Part shown: positions 41,590-49,899 of the stretch, piece by piece
Layout of the letters: the number at the start of each line of letters is the position of its first letter
Numbering within the stretch: the first letter of the stretch is position 1
DNA from: Flavobacteriia bacterium
GTDB lineage: Bacteria; Bacteroidota; Bacteroidia; Flavobacteriales; Flavobacteriaceae
NCBI GenBank assembly: GCA_009921175.1
Contig: RFYP01000001.1
Span: 8,389 to 72,388 of the forward strand
DNA: 64,000 nucleotides
Direction of reading: 5' to 3'
Notes under the pieces: model-generated
The model's database searches: none
Seen by the model: only the letters and a program-made list of their open reading frames with translations
Told to the model about the DNA's origin: nothing
Program-made: the position numbers and the translations under genes

Positions 41590-42495
41590 ATGGAATTAAC
41601 CGTTTTGGGTTGTCATTCGGCAACACCTCGTAATGATGCACATACTACCTCCCAACTCTTGGCGATCAAAAACCATTTGTTTTTAATTGATTGTGGCGAA
41701 GGGACCCAAACTCAACTGCGAAAAGCACGGGTTAAGTTTTTTAGAATCCAACATATATTTATTTCGCATCTCCATGGAGATCATTTTTATGGGTTGATAG
41801 GCCTGGTCAGTACATTTAGACTTTTGGGAAGAGAAAAAGAACTTCATATTTACGGTCCCAAAGGCATCAAAGAATTGATTACCCTGCAACTCAAATATGC
41901 GAACTCCTGGACCAACTATCCGCTCTATTTTCACGAGTTAGAAAGCAAAGTGTCCGAATGCATCTTTGAAGACGACAAGGTGCGTGTTTCTACCATACCT
42001 CTGGATCATAGGGTGTATACCAACGGCTTTTTGTTTGAAGAAAAACCCGGCCCGCGTCACCTCGACAAAGCTGCCATCGATGCACTAGAGATACCCTTTC
42101 AAGCTTTTGAAAAGCTTAAACAGGGCAAAGACTATATCACCGCTTCGGGGGAGGTGATTCCCAACCAACAACTGACAAGTGATCCCAACAAACCCCTACG
42201 TTATGCTTTTTGTAGTGATACGGCCTACCACGAACCGATGATACCCATTATCCAGGGTGTCGATGTCTTATACCACGAAGCGACTTTTTTGGAACAGCAT
42301 GTGGAATTGGCCCTAAAAACAAAACACAGTACGGCCCGACAAGCGGCTACTATTGCCCAAAAAGCAGATGTAGGCTCCCTTATTTTGGGGCATTTTTCGA
42401 CCCGTTATGCAGACGATACCCTTTTTGAAAAGGAAGCCCAAACTATTTTTGAAAATACCTGTATAGCCGAGGCAGGGAAGCAGTACCGTTTTTAG
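41590..42495 (+). CDS. rnz: Ribonuclease Z
   Basis: Metallo-beta-lactamase motif HLHGDH and typical RNase Z length. Confidence 0.9.
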   Translation: MELTVLGCHSATPRNDAHTTSQLLAIKNHLFLIDCGEGTQTQLRKARVKFFRIQHIFISHLHGDHFYGLIGLVSTFRLLGREKELHIYGPKGIKELITLQLKYANSWTNYPLYFHELESKVSECIFEDDKVRVSTIPLDHRVYTNGFLFEEKPGPRHLDKAAIDALEIPFQAFEKLKQGKDYITASGEVIPNQQLTSDPNKPLRYAFCSDTAYHEPMIPIIQGVDVLYHEATFLEQHVELALKTKHSTARQAATIAQKADVGSLILGHFSTRYADDTLFEKEAQTIFENTCIAEAGKQYRF

Positions 42496-42542
42496 AATCA
42501 TCCTAAGAAATCGTACCTTGCACACCAAGAGGAATCAATAAG

Positions 42543-43184
42543 ATGGAACACAACATTGGACATCTTCGTAAATCGTATGAACAACATCAGCTAAGGATTG
42601 AGGATATAGGCGATCCACTTTCTTTTTTTCATCAGTGGATGGGCGATGCGCAAAATCATCCGGGCATCGACGAAGCCAATGCCATGTCGTTGGCCACAGT
42701 TGCAAGTGGGGGAGTACCCCATACCCGTATTGTGCTTCTAAAAGCTTATAGCTCAGCTGGTTTTATTTTCTACACCAATTATAACAGCCAAAAAGGAAAG
42801 GCAATTGCACAAAATGCCCAGGTTTGTCTTTCTTTTTTTTGGGCCCCGTTGGAACGTCAAATACGCATCAATGGAACAGCTATAAAATTGGATGAGACCA
42901 CTTCGACGGCTTATTTTAATTCTCGCCCCAAAGGCAGTCAACTCGGTGCACATGCCTCGCCCCAGAGCGAACAGATTGACAGCCCCACTGTATTAGAAGG
43001 CCGTCTAAAATCACTCCAAGAAACCTACGCAAATAAAGACATTCCCAAACCCACCCATTGGGGAGGCTATTTGGTTCAGCCCAAAGAGATAGAATTTTGG
43101 CAAGGCCGTCCCAACCGTCTCCATCATCGGGTTGTGTGCCGATTGACCGAACATGGCTGGAACATGGGTTACTTAGCCCCTTAA
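42543..43184 (+). CDS. pdxH: Pyridoxamine 5'-phosphate oxidase
   Basis: RIVLLK..GF.FYTNY..KG and EFWQGRPNRLH motifs. Confidence 0.9.
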   Translation: MEHNIGHLRKSYEQHQLRIEDIGDPLSFFHQWMGDAQNHPGIDEANAMSLATVASGGVPHTRIVLLKAYSSAGFIFYTNYNSQKGKAIAQNAQVCLSFFWAPLERQIRINGTAIKLDETTSTAYFNSRPKGSQLGAHASPQSEQIDSPTVLEGRLKSLQETYANKDIPKPTHWGGYLVQPKEIEFWQGRPNRLHHRVVCRLTEHGWNMGYLAP

Positions 43185-43188
43185 AATT

Positions 43189-43662
43189 TTGAAAACCCTC
43201 TTCCTTTTGCGTCATGCCAAATCTTCTTGGCAATATCAAGTAGCTGATCACCAACGTCCGTTACAACAAAAGGGAATTGAACGTATCCTTAAAGTGGCTC
43301 AAAAAAACGCCACGCTTTGGCAACAACTCGATGCGCTCTACAGCAGTCCGGCCAACCGTGCTTTGCATACCGCGACCATAGCTGCTTGGGAGTCTCAACT
43401 GGATTTTCAAAAACTACAGATTACCCCCGCACTCTATACCTTTTCTTCGGCGCCGGTGATTGAGTTTATCCGGCAGTTAGACAACCGGCTAAATCAGGTC
43501 ATGTTGGTCGGTCACAATCCGGCCTTTACCGAGGTGGCCAATCGCCTATCTAATACACCCTGCCCCGATTTGAAAACGGCCGCATGGGCAAAAATTGAGT
43601 TTGACAACCCGACATGGAATAAAGTCGCACAAGGACAGCTGACTTGGGAGATAACTTCCTAA
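43189..43662 (+). CDS. Histidine phosphatase family protein (SixA-like)
   Basis: RHG-type motif LLRHAKS and a later GHNP. TTG start. Confidence 0.7.
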   Translation: MKTLFLLRHAKSSWQYQVADHQRPLQQKGIERILKVAQKNATLWQQLDALYSSPANRALHTATIAAWESQLDFQKLQITPALYTFSSAPVIEFIRQLDNRLNQVMLVGHNPAFTEVANRLSNTPCPDLKTAAWAKIEFDNPTWNKVAQGQLTWEITS

Positions 43663-43678
43663 ATTTGTGCTTTATAAG

Positions 43679-45754
43679 ATGAACCAGTCCTATACCTATA
43701 TCAATCGTGAAATCAGTTGGTTGGATTTCAATGCCCGGGTGCTTCAAGAAGCGGCCGAATCCCGTGTACCCTTGATTGAACGACTTCGTTTTTTAGGGAT
43801 TTTTTCCAATAACTTGGATGAGTTTTTTCAGGTGCGCTATGCGACGGTCAAGCGTATATCACAATCCCCCAAAAAGGGAAAGCGGGTTTTTGGAGGGATA
43901 GATGCCAAATCACTTCTAGAAACCATTACCGCCAAGGTGATTCATTTGCAGGGAGAGAGCCATAAAATATTTAACAATATTCAAAAAGAGCTCGAAAAAG
44001 AAAACATCTTTTTTATCGACGACCAACAGGTGCCCGAAGCACATCGTGCATTTTTAAGAGACTACTACATCAACCATGTGGGGCCGGCCTTGGTTACGGT
44101 CATGCTTTCCCCAGATCGGGAACAAGATTTTACCGACAATACAGCATTTCTCACCGTAAAGCTACACCCCAAAAAAGGGAATAAGCAAGCCAGCAAACCC
44201 ACCTATGCATTAATTGAAATCACGCCCGATTTAGAGCGTTTTATCGTGTTGCCCAAAATTGATGAACGACAATACATCATCCTTGTCGATGATTTGATTC
44301 GTTATCATTTTGATTTGATTTTTAGTTTTTTCGAATACGAAAAAATTGAAAGCCATATGATCAAAATCACACGTGATGCCGAGTTGGATTTTGAAGAAAA
44401 TGCCTCCAAAAGCTATATTGAAAAAATCAAGGAAAGCGTGCAAGACCGCATGTTTAGTGATCCTGTACGTTTGGTCTATGACAAAAGCATCAGTAAAGAC
44501 GCCCTTGCCTTTGTCATGCAAAAGCTCAAAATCGACAGCACCGATGGCCTGATTCCTGGTGGGCGATACCATCTGCGTCGAGACTATATGCGTTTTCCGG
44601 ATATGGGCCGCACGGATCTTATTTATCCTAAAGTTTCTCCTTTGCCCATTACCGGCTTGGCCCTAGACCGGAGTATATTGCAGGCCGTTGCCCAAAAAGA
44701 TTTTTTACAATACACCCCCTATCATACATTTTCCTATGTGATCAAGTTTTTGCGCGAAGCCGCCCTTGACCCGCATGTGCACACCATTAAGATTACCATC
44801 TACCGCTTGTCCAAAATTTCACATGTGGTGAGTAGTTTGATTAACGCCGCCAAAAATGGTAAAAAGGTATTGGTGCAAATCGAGTTACAGGCCCGTTTTG
44901 ACGAAAACAACAACATTGATTTTGCCAATAAGCTCGAAGCGGCTGGCGTACATCTGGTCTTTGGCGTTCCCGGGCTTAAGGTGCATTCAAAAATATGTGT
45001 CATCGAACGGCATGAAGACCGCAAAAATAGACGGTATGGGTTTATCAGTACCGGTAACTTTAACGAGTCCACCGCCAAAATCTATACCGATTATACCTTG
45101 TTTACTTCCAACCAAAAGATTTTAAAAGAAGCCAACAAGGTCTTTAACTTCTTGGAAGTCAATTATAAACTAAAAAAGTACAAGCATTTATTGGTTTCTC
45201 CCCATTATATGAAAACCGGTTTAGAGCGGCTAATTCAACGTGAGATAGACCATAAAAAGGCGGGACTTCCGGCCGGGATCGAGCTTAAATTAAACAACCT
45301 CACCTCCTATAAAATGGTGGATAAACTCTATGAGGCAAGCAATGCCGGAGTGTCGATTAAGCTGATGGTTAGGGGGATTTGCTGTTTGATTCCGGGGGTT
45401 GAAGGGCAAAGTGCAAACATCGAAGTCAAAAGCGTTATTGATAAGTATTTGGAACATCCTCGGGTGTATATTTTTGCCAATCAAGGCGACCCCAAGGTCT
45501 ATATTTCATCGGCGGATTTGATGACCCGTAATATCGAAAACCGGGTCGAAGTGGCCTGTCCCATTTATGATGAGGCCATTAAAAAACAATTGATCGACAC
45601 CTTTGCCATCAGTTGGAACGACAACGTAAAGTCCCGTATTTTGAATCAACAGCCCCAAAACAAATTTGTAAAATCCAAAACCCCGGCACTTCGGTCGCAA
45701 TGGGCGGTTTATGATTACTATAAAAACTTGATCGCAGCGTCCCATGAAAATTGA
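43679..45754 (+). CDS. ppk1: Polyphosphate kinase 1
   Basis: YINREISWL.FN.RVL N-terminus and two PLD-like HKD regions (KVHSK). Confidence 0.95.
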   Translation: MNQSYTYINREISWLDFNARVLQEAAESRVPLIERLRFLGIFSNNLDEFFQVRYATVKRISQSPKKGKRVFGGIDAKSLLETITAKVIHLQGESHKIFNNIQKELEKENIFFIDDQQVPEAHRAFLRDYYINHVGPALVTVMLSPDREQDFTDNTAFLTVKLHPKKGNKQASKPTYALIEITPDLERFIVLPKIDERQYIILVDDLIRYHFDLIFSFFEYEKIESHMIKITRDAELDFEENASKSYIEKIKESVQDRMFSDPVRLVYDKSISKDALAFVMQKLKIDSTDGLIPGGRYHLRRDYMRFPDMGRTDLIYPKVSPLPITGLALDRSILQAVAQKDFLQYTPYHTFSYVIKFLREAALDPHVHTIKITIYRLSKISHVVSSLINAAKNGKKVLVQIELQARFDENNNIDFANKLEAAGVHLVFGVPGLKVHSKICVIERHEDRKNRRYGFISTGNFNESTAKIYTDYTLFTSNQKILKEANKVFNFLEVNYKLKKYKHLLVSPHYMKTGLERLIQREIDHKKAGLPAGIELKLNNLTSYKMVDKLYEASNAGVSIKLMVRGICCLIPGVEGQSANIEVKSVIDKYLEHPRVYIFANQGDPKVYISSADLMTRNIENRVEVACPIYDEAIKKQLIDTFAISWNDNVKSRILNQQPQNKFVKSKTPALRSQWAVYDYYKNLIAASHEN

Positions 45755-46652
45755 GAAATATGCGGCGATTGATATCGGGTCGAATGCAATACGGGTACTG
45801 ATTGCCAACATCGTTATCCCCTCTTCCGACCGTCCAGTACAATTTCAAAAAAACGCACTGGTCCGTGTCCCCATTCGTTTGGGCGAGGACTCCTTTTCGG
45901 TCGGGGAGATCAGCAAGAAAAACATTAAACGCATGCTACGGGCCATGAAAGCCTTTAAGCAAATCATGAAAGTACATGGGGTGACCCGCTTTCGGGCCTA
46001 TGCGACTTCGGCCTTACGGGAGGCGACCAATGGCGAGGATGTGGTCGCCATAATCAAAAAAGAAACCGGGGTTAAAATCGAAATCATCGATGGAAAAAAA
46101 GAAGCCTCTGTCATTTCGAATACGCAAATATTTGATCAGTTTACCACACAAAAAACGGTTTTGTACGTCGATGTGGGAGGTGGAAGTACAGAACTGAGTA
46201 TTTTAAAAAATGGCGAACGCATTCACTCCCGTTCTTTTAAACTCGGAACGGTTCGTTTGCTTAACAAAACCGTCGAAGACCGCATTTGGGATGAAATCCA
46301 AAAATGGATAACCAAGAAAACAGCCCATATCAATAAAATCACCGTTTTGGGTTCGGGGGGGAACATCAATAAACTTTTTAAACTGACGAACACCAAAGAG
46401 GGCAAACCCCTTTCTTTGGTAACCCTCAACAGTATTTATGCCCGATTGCAAGAACTTTCGTATGAAAACCGTATTCTTGAATACCAACTCAACCAAGATC
46501 GTGCCGATGTGATTTTACCCGCCACCGAAATCTATTTACGAACACTCCAATGGGCCGGAGCTTCCAGAATCTATGTGCCCAAAATCGGACTTGCAGACGG
46601 GATGATCAAAGAAATGTATTATGACCTCCAAAAGAAGATCAACCATGAATAG
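45744..46652 (+). CDS. ppx: Exopolyphosphatase (Ppx/GppA family, short form)
   Basis: AAIDIGSNAIR and DVGGGSTE motifs of the ASKHA fold. Overlaps ppk1 by 11 nt. Confidence 0.85.
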   Translation: MKIEKYAAIDIGSNAIRVLIANIVIPSSDRPVQFQKNALVRVPIRLGEDSFSVGEISKKNIKRMLRAMKAFKQIMKVHGVTRFRAYATSALREATNGEDVVAIIKKETGVKIEIIDGKKEASVISNTQIFDQFTTQKTVLYVDVGGGSTELSILKNGERIHSRSFKLGTVRLLNKTVEDRIWDEIQKWITKKTAHINKITVLGSGGNINKLFKLTNTKEGKPLSLVTLNSIYARLQELSYENRILEYQLNQDRADVILPATEIYLRTLQWAGASRIYVPKIGLADGMIKEMYYDLQKKINHE

Positions 46653-47220
46653 TTTCTTTTTTCCCCAGGTCTTTCATCAATTGAGCCTCGTAATCCAATA
46701 AGGATTGCCATTTTTGTTGTACCACTTCTTCAGTTCCAAATTCCTTGGCCAGCTTTAAAAATAGGGTATAATGATGGGCTTCACTGATCATCAGTTTGCG
46801 GTAAAACTTTTGCAATTCGGGGTCTTTTAGTTTTTCAGACAAAAGCCTAAACCGCTCACAGCTTCTAGCTTCGATTAGGCCTGCTACCAACAATTTATGA
46901 ATCAAATGCGTGGTGCGCGACCCGCCTTTTGGAAAAAATTGATGCAACGCCCTGACATATTCGTCTTTGCGCTCTCTTCCCAGCACCAGCCCCCGTTTAC
47001 GAATAAGGTCGTGCACCATTTTAAAATGACTGATTTCTTCCTCGGCCAGGGCAATCATTTCGGTCACCAACGCACTGTGTTCGGGAAAACCAACAACGAT
47101 GGACAAGGCGGTACTCGCTGCTTTTTGTTCGCAATAGGCGTGGTCGGTCAGGATTTCACTGATGTTTTTTTCAACAATGTTTACCCAGCGTGGGTCGGTA
47201 GGTAGTTTGAGTCCAAGCAT
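46639..47220 (-). CDS. miaE: tRNA-(ms2io6A37)-hydroxylase, ferritin-like di-iron protein
   Basis: LPTDPRW, HAYCEQKAA and EE..H motifs. Length about 190 aa. Confidence 0.75.
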   Translation of the reverse strand: MLGLKLPTDPRWVNIVEKNISEILTDHAYCEQKAASTALSIVVGFPEHSALVTEMIALAEEEISHFKMVHDLIRKRGLVLGRERKDEYVRALHQFFPKGGSRTTHLIHKLLVAGLIEARSCERFRLLSEKLKDPELQKFYRKLMISEAHHYTLFLKLAKEFGTEEVVQQKWQSLLDYEAQLMKDLGKKETIHG

Positions 47221-47226
47221 AGTTTT

Positions 47227-47904
47227 TTAATGTTCTAATCCAAAAACTTCTTTAAGCCGCTGAAGCGATGGATTGGCGGTGGCTAATTTTTTAAATTTTT
47301 CTTCGGGGGTATAAACCAATTCTTCCTTTTTTTCCTGACTTATGGTGATCTCCATGTGGATAAAGTCATTTGCCAAACGTTTTCGTAAATAGGGGAGCAG
47401 TGTTTCCCCTTCCCGTTGCAGTTCCACTTTGTTGGTACCGTTGGGCACTACAAGCTTAAGGGTCTCATCCTCTAATTGAGGAATACAAAGTTCCATGACC
47501 GAGCCAATATTACTGGCCCCTTCTTTGAGTTTTTGTTGGGTATATTTTTTCCATTCCTCGACCAAATGTTTTTCGGAGATGGGCTGACGAATTGTTTTTT
47601 TGCTTTTTTGCTGATTACTCGCCAAGTCCTCCGCTTCTTTTTTGAGCTTAATGCTCGAAAGTGACCAGGCAGACACCCCCTCAGGCTTTGTCTTTAAGTC
47701 GATTTGGACGGGGGGTTCAGCGGTGGTTAGAGGCTGGGGCTCTTTCGCTACGACCGTGGTGACAGGTTTTGGCGTGGTGTATTCGGTAGTTGGAGTCTTT
47801 TCAAGGGGTTTAGGGTCGGGGGGTGCCGCAGTCTGAGGCTTGATTTCCTTGGTTGGAGAGCTTTCTTTAGCGGGTTGAAAGGCCGAGCTGGGGATTAAAT
47901 AGCC
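47227..47904 (-). CDS. dnaX: -1-frame continuation of dnaX (tau linker plus C-terminal domain)
   Basis: My hand translation shows this frame is open from the A10 run, through a 76-codon P/T/K/E-rich stretch, into track ORF 47227..47676. That ORF has only a GTG start and no independent start signals. Confidence 0.55.
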   Translation of the reverse strand, partial: GYLIPSSAFQPAKESSPTKEIKPQTAAPPDPKPLEKTPTTEYTTPKPVTTVVAKEPQPLTTAEPPVQIDLKTKPEGVSAWSLSSIKLKKEAEDLASNQQKSKKTIRQPISEKHLVEEWKKYTQQKLKEGASNIGSVMELCIPQLEDETLKLVVPNGTNKVELQREGETLLPYLRKRLANDFIHMEITISQEKKEELVYTPEEKFKKLATANPSLQRLKEVFGLEH

Positions 47905-47922
47905 TTTTTTTTTTCTCCCTCC
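47895..47922 (-). other. Candidate recoding cassette: GGAGGGAG + A10 (contains A AAA AAG in frame) + GCT ATT TAA
   Basis: The + strand has T10 at 47905-47914, CTCCCTCC at 47915-47922, and the 0-frame stop complement at 47895-47897. Confidence 0.6.
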
Positions 47923-48980
47923 TGGTGGTGGAGTGAGGCCAATTGCATCAAGCAGAGTTCAATCGACAGCCGTTTATGGGTGCTATTTTTGTAATTCAGG
48001 GCCGTTTCGTTGATGATTTGAAGGCCAGACAGTAGATGGGGCATGGCAAAGGCTTGGCTTTGGGTTTGATAGTTTTCTTTGCTCGCAGTGGACACCTCCA
48101 TCAGCGGTAAGGTTTGCGGGTCTTTGGCGACCAGCAAGGTCCGGTAGTGGTTGCCCAGGCCATCGATGAATTGACTTCCCTCAAAACCTTTGGACAAAAT
48201 ATCGTTGGCCAACACCAACAGACTCGGTATGTCTTTTTGTAAGATCAAATCGGTGAATTGGAAATAGGTTTCTGAATCGAGGATATTTAGATTGGCTGCA
48301 ACGTCGGTTGTAGTGAGGTTTTTTTGGGTAAAACTGACCATACGGTCAAAAATCGACAAGGCATCGCGCATGGCGCCGTCTGCTTTTACAGCAATCAATT
48401 GTAGGGCTTCGTCTTGATAGGGAATTCCCAATTGGTCGGCGATCTTGGCCAATGACTTTTTTAGGTCGTCTATCCCGATACGTTTAAAATCATATATCTG
48501 ACAGCGTGATAAGATGGTGGGGATGATTTTATGTTTTTCGGTGGTGGCTAGGATAAAAATAACGTGTTTAGGCGGTTCTTCCAGTGTCTTTAGAAAGGCA
48601 TTAAAGGCCGCCGAGGAGAGCATATGCACCTCGTCGATGATATAAACCTTGTGCGTGCCTACCTGAGGAGGGATACGCACCTGCTCGTTGAGTTGACGGA
48701 TATCATCAACCGAATTGTTGGAAGCAGCGTCTAATTCAAAAATATTAAAGGCAAAGTCACTGGTATGGGCCTCTGATTCAGATTGGCTGTTAATGGTTTT
48801 GGCCAGGATACGTGCACAGGAAGTTTTGCCCACCCCACGGGGTCCACAAAACAAGAGAGCCTGGGCCAATTGGTTTTGGGCTACTGCATGCTGGAGGGTC
48901 TGGGTAATCGCTTCTTGCCCGACCACTTCCTCAAAAGTTTGTGGACGAAAACGCAAAGCCGATACTTGGTAGGTTTCCAT
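47895..48980 (-). CDS. dnaX: DNA polymerase III clamp-loader subunit, 0-frame gamma-like product
   Basis: Walker A GPRGVGKTS, DEVHML, SRC motif (LSRCQ). Start moved to ATG (METYQVSALRFRPQ). Confidence 0.9.
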   Translation of the reverse strand: METYQVSALRFRPQTFEEVVGQEAITQTLQHAVAQNQLAQALLFCGPRGVGKTSCARILAKTINSQSESEAHTSDFAFNIFELDAASNNSVDDIRQLNEQVRIPPQVGTHKVYIIDEVHMLSSAAFNAFLKTLEEPPKHVIFILATTEKHKIIPTILSRCQIYDFKRIGIDDLKKSLAKIADQLGIPYQDEALQLIAVKADGAMRDALSIFDRMVSFTQKNLTTTDVAANLNILDSETYFQFTDLILQKDIPSLLVLANDILSKGFEGSQFIDGLGNHYRTLLVAKDPQTLPLMEVSTASKENYQTQSQAFAMPHLLSGLQIINETALNYKNSTHKRLSIELCLMQLASLHHQEGEKKKAI

Positions 48981-48986
48981 GTCAAA

Positions 48987-48994
48987 CAAATATA
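48987..48994 (-). promoter_or_regulatory. Possible -7 box TATATTTG only 6 nt upstream of the dnaX ATG
   Basis: The minus strand reads TATATTTG-TTTGAC-ATG. Confidence 0.3.
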
Positions 48995-49059
48995 CTTATA
49001 GCCTTGCGTTTATCCCGCTACACCCGTTAAAATTTAGACGAAAATTATCAACAATACCC

Positions 49060-49067
49060 TACCTTTG
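49060..49067 (+). promoter_or_regulatory. -7 box TACCTTTG upstream of rnpB
   Basis: Matches TAnnTTTG and ends 4 nt before the first P1 nucleotide. Confidence 0.5.
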
Positions 49068-49071
49068 CACC

Positions 49072-49364
49072 AGCAGGCTATCTTATCGCTGTCTCGAATT
49101 TCGAGGGGGAGGAAAGTCCGGACACCATAGAGCAGTATAGCGGGTAACACCCGCCCTTTCAGTCATGAAAGCGGACCAGTGCAACAGAAAGCAAGTACAG
49201 TTCGGCTGTAGTGAAATCGGTAAACTCTATACGGTGCAACGCCAAGTAAATTTGCGCTTGAGGGTGGCTCGCCCGATGCAAAAGGGTAGGCGGTTAGAAT
49301 CGTTTAGTAATAAACGATCCAGATAAATGATAAGACTCGACAGAATCCGGCTTATCGGCCTGCT
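49072..49364 (+). ncRNA. rnpB: RNase P RNA, bacterial type A
   Basis: Universal motifs GAGGAAAGTCCGGAC (P4 5' strand), GACCAGTGCAACAGAAAGCAA, GGTAAACTC and ACAGAATCCGGCTTATCGG. P1 pairing AGCAGGC/GCCTGCT. P2 pairing CTTATC/GATAAG. Confidence 0.9.
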
Positions 49365-49899
49365 ATTTTTTCTTAAAAATGCTAAACTGACAACTCCCGT
49401 ATTTTCGTTTTTGTATAAAATTAGGATGCGAGTCAAACTTATGATGGGTGTCATGTTCGGCAATAATCCACCCTTGATCTTCGAGGCAATTAACCAAAAG
49501 GTGATCGATAAGTATACTATATGATTCTTCAGTGTAAGAATAGGGTGGATCCATAAAAACTATAGTTTGGGGGTTGGAAAAACGTTCCAAAAACTTTTCA
49601 ACAGAAGAACAAAATGTTTCAATGGTCAGGTTAAGTTTTTTTTTGGTGGTTTCAATAAACTGAATACAATGTCGATTTTGATCCACAGCCAAAATCTGAG
49701 GCACACCTCGAGATGCAAATTCATAGCTAATGCTTCCGGTTCCGGCAAAGAGATCCAAAACCCGAATGTTTTCAAAATCAAATTCGTGTTGTAAAATATT
49801 AAACAAAGCCTCCTTGGCCCGGTCGGTGGTGGGTCTAACGGGCAGGTTTTTGGGAGCGAGCAGTCGACTTCCTTTATGTTGACCTGAAATGATACGCAT
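49363..49899 (-). CDS. rsmD: 16S rRNA (guanine966-N2)-methyltransferase
   Basis: MRIISG..KG N-terminus, DLFAGTGS and DPPY motifs. Confidence 0.85.
   Translation of the reverse strand: MRIISGQHKGSRLLAPKNLPVRPTTDRAKEALFNILQHEFDFENIRVLDLFAGTGSISYEFASRGVPQILAVDQNRHCIQFIETTKKKLNLTIETFCSSVEKFLERFSNPQTIVFMDPPYSYTEESYSILIDHLLVNCLEDQGWIIAEHDTHHKFDSHPNFIQKRKYGSCQFSIFKKK

Noticed and set aside
49227-49524. Two small ORFs (49227..49463 minus, 49327..49524 plus)
   Set aside because: They overlap the RNase P RNA and the 3' end of rsmD. The RNA motifs fully explain this sequence.
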